DNA of 33,644 nt from Trichinella spiralis (Eukaryota). The DNA lies in assembly GCF_000181795.1 (NCBI RefSeq), contig NW_003526941.1, positions 9,110,037 through 9,143,680 of the forward strand. Reading direction: 5' to 3'. Positions 1-11,053 of this stretch are shown one piece after another. A program made the translations under genes and the position numbers. The notes beneath the pieces were generated by a model, which did not search any database, was not told the DNA's origin, and saw only the letters and a program-made list of their open reading frames with translations. The stretch's first letter is position 1, and each line of letters starts with the position of its first letter.

Positions 1-1944
1 CAGGTTCGTTGGATCGGTCACATTGTCGTGAGGAACAGAAATTGTTCGTTGATTGTTCAAAAATTGCCCGACCAAGTCGACGAGCCGCTCCGGCCAGGAT
101 TTGAATTTAAACTTTTCGACGCCTTCGAAGATTACAGGTGGACCTTGGACGGTCGGGGGATTGTTGTCCAGCATCAGTTGCTGTCAGAGCCGGACAAACA
201 GTACCGTCAGTTGACGATGTTGGATCTGCAATCTCCAATATCTGCCAGTCGCAGCCGGAAATTGTGCGTATTCAAAGCTTGGCGTTTGCAAATAGTTCGT
301 TTCTGCTATCGCGACAACTTGCAGCAGTTGTTGGTGTTTGTCAACCAAAGAGGGCGTCAACTGCAGGATGCGTATTTGGTGGACTTGCGCAACGGCGACA
401 AGCGGCTGTTGTACAAAAATGATAAATATATTCTTTTGAGTTTCGATTTCAACTGCACGCTGAGGTTAGGGTTGACAGAAAATAAAAATGGCATACAAGA
501 AGTTTACACCAAGAACGCCAGCTCTGCTTTTCAGCTTCACAAAACGTTCACCGCTGACACGAGCGTCGGTTCGCGACTGATCAGCATCGACAAAGACGGC
601 TCTACAATTTATTGGATCAGCAATGAGCATGAAGACAAAGGGTCGCTTGTAGCTGAAGATGCGATCACCGGTTTTCAGCATGTGATTCAGCGGCCGAAGC
701 GAGCTGACATCTCCTACGTCTATATTGACTTTCTCACTGGCGAACCGTTGCTAGCTGGAGAAGAATATTTCTACCCGGAAATAACGTATGTGCATGAAAA
801 ATTGGCCGCTCATTATTCTTTCCTGAAAGAGCGATTTCCGGACGCCACAATATATCCACTGAGGATTTCTGCCGATTTCAGTCGTTGGTATTTCACTGTT
901 GTCAGTGATCGCGAACCTGGCACTTATTATTTGTACTGGAATGCCGGTGACCGACGCAGATTGCTCTTTCTGTTCTACAGTAATCGAAAAGTGCGGAAAT
1001 ACAAGATGCAACCAAAACGCGCCGTGGAAGTGGTCACTCGAGACGGTCTGGTACAAGTTTGCTATTTGACTTGTCCAGCGGATCGGTTCTCAACCCCCTA
1101 CCCGCTGGTGGCCGACGTGCACGGAGGACCGCATGCTAGGAATTATTGGGAATTCGATTCGACTGTACAATTGCACGTCGATCGAGGCTATGCAATTTTG
1201 CAGTGCAATTTTCGAGGTTCAACCGGATACGGCAAAGCATTTCTCAGAGCTGGATTTGGCCAGTGGGGAGGTACGATGCAGAATGACGTGATTGACGCCA
1301 TCGATTGGTCAGTGAGTGCGGGCATTGCTGATCCGGCACGTCTGGCCATTTCCGGTGTCAGCTACGGCGGCTATGCAGCTCTGATGGCCACGGTGCAGAC
1401 GCCGGACATGTTCCAGTGTGCGGTCGACTCATTCGGACCTTCGAATCTGGTGACCCTCTACCAATCCATGCCACGCGAGTGGAAGCCGACCAAAGCATCG
1501 TACGCCATTCGACTCGGCGCCACGGCAAATACCGAAGCAGAAATGCGGTGGTTGTTCAATCGTTCTCCAATTGCGTACAAAGATCGCATCAAAACGCCGC
1601 TGCTCATCATCCAAGGCATGGACGATCTGGTGGTTCCGGTCAAGGAATCGGACCAAATTGTCGAAGCGTTGGCCGGATCCGGACTGACGCTCATATATGC
1701 CATATTTATGGACGAAGCTCACGGGCTCCATTACGTACCGAATGTGCTACTTCAGTACAGTCTGGTTGAACGTTTTCTGCAGCTTTACTTGCACGGTGAA
1801 TCGGAAACAGTGGCCACGATCCCGAAAGGCTGCACTGCCATGCTTGAAGCCTATCCAGAATGGAATGTCAGTTTTGTGGAGCTGTTTTCCAATCATTCTG
1901 AGCGATATTTTAGGGAACGAAACGAAATTTACGAACAATTTTAA
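1..1944 (+). CDS. dpf-6: S9 (prolyl oligopeptidase family) peptidase, dipeptidyl peptidase family member 6-like; 5'-partial
   Basis: Frame is open from base 1 to TAA at 1944, and the GTG start at 28 is not a credible eukaryotic start. Motifs: DVHGGPH, NFRGSTGYGK, nucleophile GVSYGG (Ser 1360-1362), QGMDDLVV (Asp about 1624) and DEAHG (His 1720-1722). An N-terminal beta-propeller-like region precedes them. The dpf-6 name is a family-level guess. Confidence 0.85.
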   Translation, partial: QVRWIGHIVVRNRNCSLIVQKLPDQVDEPLRPGFEFKLFDAFEDYRWTLDGRGIVVQHQLLSEPDKQYRQLTMLDLQSPISASRSRKLCVFKAWRLQIVRFCYRDNLQQLLVFVNQRGRQLQDAYLVDLRNGDKRLLYKNDKYILLSFDFNCTLRLGLTENKNGIQEVYTKNASSAFQLHKTFTADTSVGSRLISIDKDGSTIYWISNEHEDKGSLVAEDAITGFQHVIQRPKRADISYVYIDFLTGEPLLAGEEYFYPEITYVHEKLAAHYSFLKERFPDATIYPLRISADFSRWYFTVVSDREPGTYYLYWNAGDRRRLLFLFYSNRKVRKYKMQPKRAVEVVTRDGLVQVCYLTCPADRFSTPYPLVADVHGGPHARNYWEFDSTVQLHVDRGYAILQCNFRGSTGYGKAFLRAGFGQWGGTMQNDVIDAIDWSVSAGIADPARLAISGVSYGGYAALMATVQTPDMFQCAVDSFGPSNLVTLYQSMPREWKPTKASYAIRLGATANTEAEMRWLFNRSPIAYKDRIKTPLLIIQGMDDLVVPVKESDQIVEALAGSGLTLIYAIFMDEAHGLHYVPNVLLQYSLVERFLQLYLHGESETVATIPKGCTAMLEAYPEWNVSFVELFSNHSERYFRERNEIYEQF

Positions 1945-2024
1945 TCGCGTAAAATATTTCTATTCAAATTTCCACTTTTGCATCACTATTGTAGAGGGAA
2001 AAGGTCTGAACAAAGCGTAAATCA

Positions 2025-2030
2025 AATAAA
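2025..2030 (+). other. Putative polyadenylation signal of the S9 peptidase
   Basis: AATAAA about 80 nt after the stop codon, followed by a T-rich tract. Confidence 0.45.
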
Positions 2031-2341
2031 TTTTCCACTTTTATATTATTTCATTTTTTATTAGTGATTGCTTTGAGAATTTATCATTTGAAGAAGATAA
2101 AGATAAAACAAACAAAAATTGTCCAATATTTCTCCAATGCATAAAATAGAGATGTGGTGAAAATTTTTAATGTGTATTGTTTAAAGTTGTGGATTTTAAA
2201 ATTTAAACAAATGTTGAATGTTTAAAGTGCAACTTTTCGTAGGGCAGTGAAACGGTTGATCAATCATTCGACAGACTTTGGAGACGTGGTGTACAGCTAG
2301 TTATCTATCTATTTGTCTAGCTATTTCTTGAGACCGAGATC

Positions 2342-3553
2342 ATGGGTGGAGAGAAAGTGAAGTGCTCGCTTATATTCAAAGAAGGTGACGAGGTGCAAGG
2401 TTTTACTGTGAAAAATGTTATCGGTTTTGGTTCGTTCGGCCAAGTTTATGAAGTGTTCAATTCGGCCAACAATCAACCCGCTGCTATGAAGGTAAAACAA
2501 TAATTAGCAATAAATTGTTTTATTTTATATTATTTCATTATACATTTATGGGTATTTATTTTTTTAGGTTGAACTGACTGCCCAACGCAATCATGCTTTG
2601 AAAAATGAACTGATGATATTGCGAAAATTGAGGAATGCGAACGTTCGTCACATTTGCAAAGTTTTCACCTACGGAAGAGTTACCGAATATTCATATATTA
2701 TCATGTCATTGGTTGGTCCCAACATCCGGTATTTGTTGAAAACAACAAATGCCAACTGTGCTTTCAACTTGCGAACTGTTTTGCATGTTGGTGTTTTATC
2801 GTTGGAAGCTCTGCAAGACATGCATTCAGCTGGGTAGCAAAATAACAATGTTGCTTTCTCTAATAAATAAATACATGGGATTCGATCTGTTTTTTTAGGT
2901 ATTTACATCGGGACGTGAAGCCTGAAAATTTTGCGATTGGAAATGAACCGAACAGTCGACAACTTTTCATCCTCGACTTTGGAATGTCTAGGCAATTTGT
3001 GAACAACGAGCATGTTCACCGCAAACCAAGAGCCAAATGCGGATTTCGTGGAACGTTGTTTTACGCATCAGTGAATGCGCTTAAATTGTGCGAACAATCT
3101 CGTAAAGATGACATATGGAGTTGGTTTTATATGCTAATTCGAATGACCACCGGTAACTTGCCGTGGTGCCATAAGATGCCTTCTAAGGTGAGTGTTTTTC
3201 TATACATTGAAATTTGCACAAAACACGGAAAGAAAGAAGCATATTTAACCCTGAAAGAAAAAAAATCTTTTCAATATGTTTATCTGTTTATTTATTTATT
3301 CATTCAGGAGATGAAGTTACAGAAGCAAGCTAGAGCGTTGTCTATTTTTAAGAATGAAGTTATGGATAACGCTAGTAGCTTTCTTGCTGGTTGTCCAACT
3401 GAATTCCATAACTTCCTTCGCCATTTAAAGTCCCTGACGTATTACGATCGACCTGATTATGAGTTCATTTATAGTCAGCTCAATCAAATTATGAAAAAGA
3501 ACAAATTGACCGATGACATGCCATTGGATTGGGAACAGCGTCCAACCAAGTGA
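2342..3553 (+). CDS. Casein kinase 1 family / tau-tubulin kinase-like Ser/Thr kinase
   Basis: Exons 2342-2491, 2568-2833, 2899-3187, 3308-3553 (all GT-AG, in frame). Motifs: GFGSFGQVY, AAMKVE, HRDVKPENF, DFG, RGTLFYAS, SRKDDIWSW, RPDY. Confidence 0.9.
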
Positions 3554-4174
3554 TTGTAAAATTTCAAAATGTAACTTCTTTCTTAAAATAATTTTCACCT
3601 GACAATTCTTTTATTCTTTTCTGTATCAAAACATCGTTGTTTTTCACTTTAGTCGCAACATCATGCATACTTTTTACAAACTGTGCAAACTTTTTTGTAA
3701 ATACTAAACGCCATACCATTAACATTGTACTTTTTATTCATATATTAATAAAATTTTTTATTAAAAATCGTTATTTGTTGATATCTTAAATGCGAGCTGA
3801 AGACAATTCTTGAATCCTTACTTGAATCAGCCAGTTTTGACTTGTAATTTTCACGGCAGCAATTTGTTGTTATCATTTTCTGCTATGCATTGAAAAAAGT
3901 TATTCCTACAGTATGAAAGGCGCACATTCATAAAACTTGAACGACATAAAAAGCTTTGTAGTACTGTAACCGTACTCGCAAGTGTGCTTTGGCACGCTTG
4001 CTTGAATTTTGCTTTTGGCAAAATGAAGCGAAAAGTGAACATTCGTAAATTTGACGGGCATTTTTGCACCGTTCAGATGAAGTGTTTTATGTTGCCTGTG
4101 TTAATGCTTTTTCCTTACTCCATCCATAGTTTGATTTTCAAAGTTTCATATATTGGTATTCAGAGCGTATGCAT

Positions 4175-5609
4175 ATGATTCCAGGAAACGCAGTTGGCAA
4201 TACTTTTGGCGGTATAGTGTATTTTTAAGAATATCTTTTAGCAATTGTAGAATGTAATTTCAGATGTACGCCTTGCTGACTATGCAGACGCATCTTTGAC
4301 ATCGCACAAAGCAAAAAGACTGACCAAGAAACTACGTGGTAGAAATAATTTCATATAGTTTCATTTTTATGTCAGTTAATTATAGATTCACATGCTTTAC
4401 GTAGTAAATACAACTGGTACGAATGTGAAGAGGATCTTTTACTGGTCGATTTCGAATGTTATGATGATGATGATGATGAAGATGGTGAAGTTGGAGTGAA
4501 TGTCACTTCGAAATCTGCATCAAAAGAATTGCCCAGTAATTGGTTTTTTGCTTAATATCTAAAGATATCTTATCGGTACTTATTTTTATTCATAGAATCA
4601 GATAATGATAGTCACATCTATAATACTTATCCAGTTCATTTATGGGCAATTATTGCAAGCTACATATATCCCGAAGATATTTGTCGATTTGCTCTGATTT
4701 GTTCTGATGCAGCATCAGCAATTCGATCAGCTCATTTCTGGAAGCTGCTGTACAACAGGTTTTGTTATTGGACTTGTATTTTTTTTTGATTTTTGTACAA
4801 TTAAATTATTTTTTTATGAAAGAAGATGCAAGGACATCTACTCTCTTCCTGAAGAATATAAACCAATATCTATGCAGCGTTTGTACGGCTTGCGTGCAGC
4901 CGTCATTCGATCACTGTTCTTCGCCTACGAGCCATTTGTCGTAAGAATGAAAACAATGAAAGGTACTGGGAGTAAACTGTTTTTTACACATCGTGTTGAT
5001 ATTGATATAATATATTCAGTGTTTGCTTTTTTAGGTTTTTCACTTAGTGATAAAGATATTCGACTTCTGACTCGAAGTATTTGTACATCAGCTTGGCACA
5101 GACGCATTGAAGAATGTTCTGAGCAAGGTAGATGGGTATTCTTTTTTAAATTTAAAACTTTGGAAAACTTGATTAAAGCGAAAAAAATCACAAACGTTTC
5201 GAAAAAAACAACAACGAAACATGCAAACGATCGTCTGAAATTCATGGATGACGTAAATGCAAATAAAGACGATGGTTGTTTTGTTTTAAAGGTAATTTTG
5301 ATTTTTTTCTATCTGTGCATGCATGCATTCATTGATCTACTGCAGGCGTCAGCCAATGCCTTTACCTACATAAATCCAGCAGTACTGGGTGCTCGACTGG
5401 GGCAGCTATCAACTTCACTAGATCCTGACACGAACACATATCAGATTTGTTTGACTTTTGTAGATTCGCTAACAGCTTGTAAAAATAAACGTTTCGGTGC
5501 GACGTTCTCCTCTGCGGGAGAAGTGGTCCAACTTACTGGCGTGATTTCGCTCAGTGTCCTTCACTGGTGGTATCCAATGTTTCGTCCCTCGCCATTAACA
5601 ATTTTGTGA
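4175..5609 (+). CDS. TMEM183: TMEM183 homolog
   Basis: Spliced product contains VRLADYAD, YPVHLWAIIASYIYPEDICRFALIC, LRAAVIRSLFFAYEPF, FFFKFK, DDVNANKDDGCFVL and VLHWWYP, all matching conserved TMEM183 blocks. Exons approx 4175-4211 (alternative first exon from ATG 4023), 4264-4338, 4386-4535, 4597-4758, ~4823-4962, 5035-5291, 5346-5609. The start is uncertain. Confidence 0.85.
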
Positions 5610-7195
5610 ATAGTGATATTTATTCAGAAAGAAATCGTAAACTGGAAATATGTTAATGAATATTTTACATCTGTTCAATTATTTGAAGGAAAATTTTTCA
5701 AATAGAAATTTCTAATAGATAGATAGAAGGATGATGACCAGGTACGAATCTCTGATGTCACTCAAGACTGCAATCTTTACATTGTTCATTATGGGAACTA
5801 TTCAAAATAGCGTTATTAAAGATTAAATGATAGGTTGTGATTATTTCATGTGATTCAGTGATTAAAGCTATCACTGTTGGTGAATATTTCGAGCACATTG
5901 TGCAGAGTGACTACAGTATGAATTATCGAAGGTTATTAAGAATGATTGTTTGATATGTTTCAATTGTAATTCCAATTTTATTAATAGAAAACTTTTTAAA
6001 TTATTCAGTTGTAAATTTTGTAAACTTTTCAATTAAAATTGATTTAATAACAAAATTGTACTTAATTATTTTACAGTAGACCACTCATGCAATTTGCACT
6101 TTTTATTACTTTTTGCTTTTAAATTAATTTAAATTTATTTGTGATGCTAATTCACTTAAATCATGCAACTTTCGAATTCTATTAGATAGTGAAGTGTAAA
6201 TTTTGTTCTTTTTGTTTGAAATAATGAACTTTCTTTTCTGATAATTCCAAATTTATGCATTGGAAAAGGTTATTTTTATTACAAATTTAAGTTTTGTGTA
6301 CAATTTAGCTGTTATAATTATTATGCTGTGCCATGAAAAGTTTATCTTCACAATCGCATGTTAGTTGCACGCTGTACTGTTTGCTCTATCCATATCTATA
6401 AACATGCATATATTAATGCGTACATACAAATATATATATATGTGTGTGTGTATGTATTAAAGTAAAAAAAATACTGTAAAAAAGTATTTTACTCGTGCTA
6501 TAAATTCTTCTATTAGTTGGATACGTATCCAACCACTGTGCTACGTTTGAAAACATAGCCTTTTTCGAATTGCATTCATGCATTTCTGCATGCAAAGCTT
6601 GCGTGCGTTCATATTGTATTATATTGTTGTTTTGCAAAAAAAATACGCAGCATTGAAATATCATTTTTCAATTCTTAGAGTCATTGTTGAAAATTTCCAT
6701 TCATTTTCTTCTTGTTAAAAAGTAATCTTATAACCTTTAAGTGATTGTAGTTTTTCTTTTCTTATCGAACGGTTTTCAATAAATATTTTGTACAATTTTT
6801 AAATGTTTTGAATAAAATTTTAAATTTTACAAAAAATTACAAAGAATTATAATTATTTGTCAATTAATTTAGTAAGTGTATACTTATCCGTATAAGGTAT
6901 GATGTATGAAGGGCAGATGTGATGAATTTCCAATTATACAAATTTATTATTTTTGAAATTCATCATTATCATTTGAAGGAAGAAAAAAAACAACTAACTA
7001 TACATGGACAGCAGTTCATTTGTGATTGTTTGAAAAACATCCTAACGAATCAATATACAAGGGAAGAAAAGAAAAAAAAGAAGTATTTTTCATACCATTG
7101 TTTAAAAAAATGCGGTTATGTAATAATTTTATTTAGGAACATTGGCGGTTGTCGATTAGCACAAATTGATTGGCGACAGTTGGAAGAAAATCATA

Positions 7196-10139
7196 ATGTC
7201 AAGGGCTATTGAAAGTGCAGAAACTGGACAGCAAGCAGTGTTGGAAAGCGGGCCATCGTCGACTACAGATCAGTAAGTTTTAGCTGACTGTGACCTGACA
7301 ACGACCGCTTGTTGTGGTGGTCTTCGTAATAGCCATTAAATGGATTAACCGACGAAAACAGAAATATGACTATTTAAAAAATATCACAAAACAATAATCT
7401 TCTATTTGAAGTTTGATTATAAAATTATATTTTAATAATAATAATTCTTTTTTTTCCTGTGGACAATCTACTATGTAGCGTAGATTTTACCGAAAATTCA
7501 TTTTACTCTGCACCTAGTCATTGTCTGCCTTGACAACACACTGGCCGTATTGATCGGCAAAATTATTGACACGGGTCAGGACGACCGAGCACACATCATC
7601 CGCAATGTTGTTAGTACGACTTTTAATAAGCGGAAAGCGGCTTCGCGTGTCTATTCTTGTTTTTCTCCACTTTACATTATTATTATTATTATTATCAGTT
7701 TAAAGGAATAAAATTTAAATGAAAAAAATTTACATTCTAATTTCAACTACTGGAAAAGCGGTCGCTGTTGTTGGTCGATATATTATTTTTAGCAAAATTA
7801 TATATTCGCAAAGTAGCGTGTTTGTGTTTGTTTATCAGCTCAGCTGATGATGTTTAGATTTATTAGTAGCAGTACAGTTCTGACCGCAAGTTAAATTTTA
7901 TTGCTCGTTTTCGTCACAAACATTGCATTGCACATCAATTTGTTCAATTCAATTTTCAATTATTATTATTATTACGATTATCATATTTTCATTCTTGTCC
8001 TGTTTTGTAGTAACGCCACAAATCCTTCACCAACAGTGAGACGATCATCACGAGGTGTTAAGAGGAAAAAGCTCGACGATGGAATGGTCGACAGTGGTGT
8101 CATAGGTACCAAAAGTGGACGACGTCTGCGTATTTTTGACGACGTTGACGAAAGCTTGGCCAAACCAATAATGACCAGACGGTGCAGTGCCGCGGCGGCT
8201 AAAAAATCCGAACCTGTTCGTCGCAATTGTGTCGACGTGGCCAAACCCAGACGAGATTCAACCCAGACCGGCGCCTGTTGCTTTAATCAAGCCAAACAAA
8301 CCCACATCCAAAAGGATTTTACCCGCTGGCAAGCTGAAGACGATTTGGCGCTAATCATCGCTTGCGAAAGGGTTGGTCACCATTTTTTTTCATTTTCAAC
8401 GTATGCATCTTATTTTCTCTCCTGGCAAAATCTATTTTGCTTCAGATGAACAGTCTGCCAATGGTTCATCGAATGGTCACATTTTCAATGCCGTTCACAC
8501 TTCAAGAAATTGAAGAACGTTGGTATGAACTTTTCTACGATCCGATTGTATCGAAGTAAGAAAAAGAATTTTTCCCTTTTTGTAATCTATTTTTCTTGTT
8601 TTTTTTGCTTAAAAGATCATCTTTTAAAAGCTCGATCAAAATCAATTCGTGCATCTGTTTTTCTTTTTCGTATATTTTCAATTTTTGTAAATTAATTCGA
8701 CATCTCTTTGCATTGAACTTAATTTTTTGTATACTGTAATATTTACTCTGATCACCGATTTGCGTTTACGCAGTTGTGCACAAATGTTAAACATTCAAAG
8801 CAGCGATCGAAAATTTTTATCACAAACATTAATTACTATAATTTGACAAAATTTCACCCGAATATAAATGAGCAGAAAAATGACAAAACAAATGTAACGG
8901 GATAAATTTCACAAAAAAGTTTTAAAAAATCGAACGAGATTAAATGTAATTTTGGAAAAAATGATAAATATTTCAGTTTATAAATTGGTGAAATTTACCG
9001 AATATTGTTTGCGTTTAAATTTAGGCGTTGTAAAGAGAGATTTGCAGAGTTGAATGCGGAAGTGGTACGGCGAGTGAAAGCCAACACGCCATACTCGCAT
9101 GCGGAGCATCAGATATTGGCCTCTATTCCTTCGGTGAACAAGACCCATTGTTTTTTTTCTTCAAATAAAAAATTATTAATTTTACATTCAATTAGACTGT
9201 CGATGTTGTCGTGGAAAGGTTTCAAACTGTCTTATCCAAGCATTCTGAAGTATTTTATCCCGGCAGGACGGCCATTGGCTTGATGGACAGATGGCTCATG
9301 TTGAAAGCCGAAGGACTTTTGATAGATCAAAATCACGCTGGTTAGAATTGATTTTTTTTCTGTTTTTAGTATATTTCGTTCAACTGAAATGGATAAAGCA
9401 GAAAAAAAATTCTTTGTTTTTTTCTTAAATCTTAGAACCTTCGAAAGGGCGTTCCAGTGGTGGACGTAAGCAGGCGGTTAGTTTCATGGCAGATATGAAT
9501 AAGAGCAACAATGACCGAGAAACACCAGACTTTGACTTGGCGACTGTCCATAATATGCCCGTGATTACGCAGTTTGTCACAAGTTAGCTGGCTGTTTAAT
9601 TAGCAGAACTGAAAATTATTTTACAGCTAGCTATCAGTGTTAAATGAGATGAATGAATTTCAGATGCGTCGAATGCGAGTTTTTCGGTGGATGTTCTCGC
9701 GGTGCTGCGCGGTCGTGTTGTTGAATACTTGATCCAGGTTCCTGAAATTGTAGTTGGATACAGAAAGAGAACCGACTTCGAAGGCGTGGATTTGTCCTAT
9801 GAAGGTTGGTTATGTTTTGTCGGAAAATTTTTTTTAATTTTTAAATATTTGATAAATAGGACCATGTGGTAAAATTTCTCGAAGACAAGCTGTGATCAGT
9901 TATCGAAGTGATTCAAAAGAATTTGTCATTTTTAACGAAGGTTCTGCAATTATTTATGTCGATGGAAAAGCGTGCAACAAAGGTTCATCGTTGACTTTGA
10001 AGAATAACTCTGTTATAGAGGTAAGATCTTTTTATTGTGGACTTTTACTAATAAGAAGAAGTAGCATTTAGCTTTTTTTTCCTACTTTCAGATCACTGTT
10101 ATTGTGTTGAAATTTTTGATCAACACTTCGCAGCATTGA
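7196..10139 (+). CDS. MCRS1: Microspherule protein 1 (NSL/INO80 complex subunit) with C-terminal FHA domain
   Basis: Exons 7196-7272, 8011-8371, 8446-8555, 9025-9133, 9196-9340, 9436-9582, 9664-9804, 9860-10020, 10092-10139 join in frame. Motifs: RRSSRGVKRKKLDD, RWQAEDDLALI, FTLQEIEERWYELFYDPIVSK, LAVLRGRVV, VDLSYEGPCGKISRRQAVI. Confidence 0.9.
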
Positions 10140-11053
10140 TTTTTCAATTAAAACCAACATAGTAGCATCATCATCACACTGCTATAACCAAGATTTCATT
10201 TTGTTTTCAAAGTGGAATGTCACACCAAGAAAAATATGACGTTTTCACAGTCGACGCTTCTGATATTATTTATTGATTTACAATTAAAAAAGTATTGCTG
10301 TTTATTGTTGAATGGTTCATGCTGAGATCCGATTCACGGGTAGCTGTGCTTTACACAATGTGATCTTTTTATAAATTGTTTTTTTTCTTTTTGAATCAGC
10401 AGTAATATTTGTTGGCATGGAATTTTTTTATACTTTTTCAATCCAACTTGGTACTTTTTAGATAACTGAATTCAGTGGTTCATTATGGAAAAATTGTTGA
10501 AAAGCAATTTCAAAAGTAACATATGCAATTATTTGAATCGAATGAAATGTTATTATTTTTAACGAAAAAAGCACAATATTATTATCTGTGAAATAGTTAT
10601 TATTTAAAATTTACTAGGTAAAACTTCTTAAAAAAATTATACACTTATAAAAACTGTTGTTTAATTGTCGAATTGGCAATGGAAATTTGAAAGTTTTATT
10701 TTTTTTTAATACTTAATTGTCACTTTTGTAATTTATATTGCAGATAACATTTTTATAAAAGATCGATCAGTGCAGCTAGTGGTTGTAACGAATGCGAAAT
10801 TAAAACTAAACGAAACCTTATCAAAATGTTCTTGTTCTGTGAAGAAGCTTCATAAAATTTGAAAACATCTCGTGAGTACAATTTTTCTTTTAACTATTTA
10901 TCCGCATTATGTGTGTGTGTGTGAAAAATGTATTTGATATTCAAATGAAGTGTTAATTATTGAAAATTGCAAATTTTTTATTAATTTTTTCACTGGCATG
11001 GGAAAAATTTAAACTGTCCTCTAGTATATACTGTTCTTTTCAATGATCTAATA

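Noticed and set aside
138..2020. Alternative-frame and antisense ORFs over the peptidase
   Set aside because: Shadow ORFs of GC-richer coding DNA with no recognisable motifs.
4707..5609. 300-aa ORF as a single-exon membrane protein
   Set aside because: Its N-terminus is out of frame or intronic, and its hydrophobic stretches are in-frame introns of TMEM183.
5731..5756. C/D snoRNA-like boxes (ATGATGA...CTGA) after TMEM183
   Set aside because: The boxes are too close together, with no terminal stem or identifiable guide.
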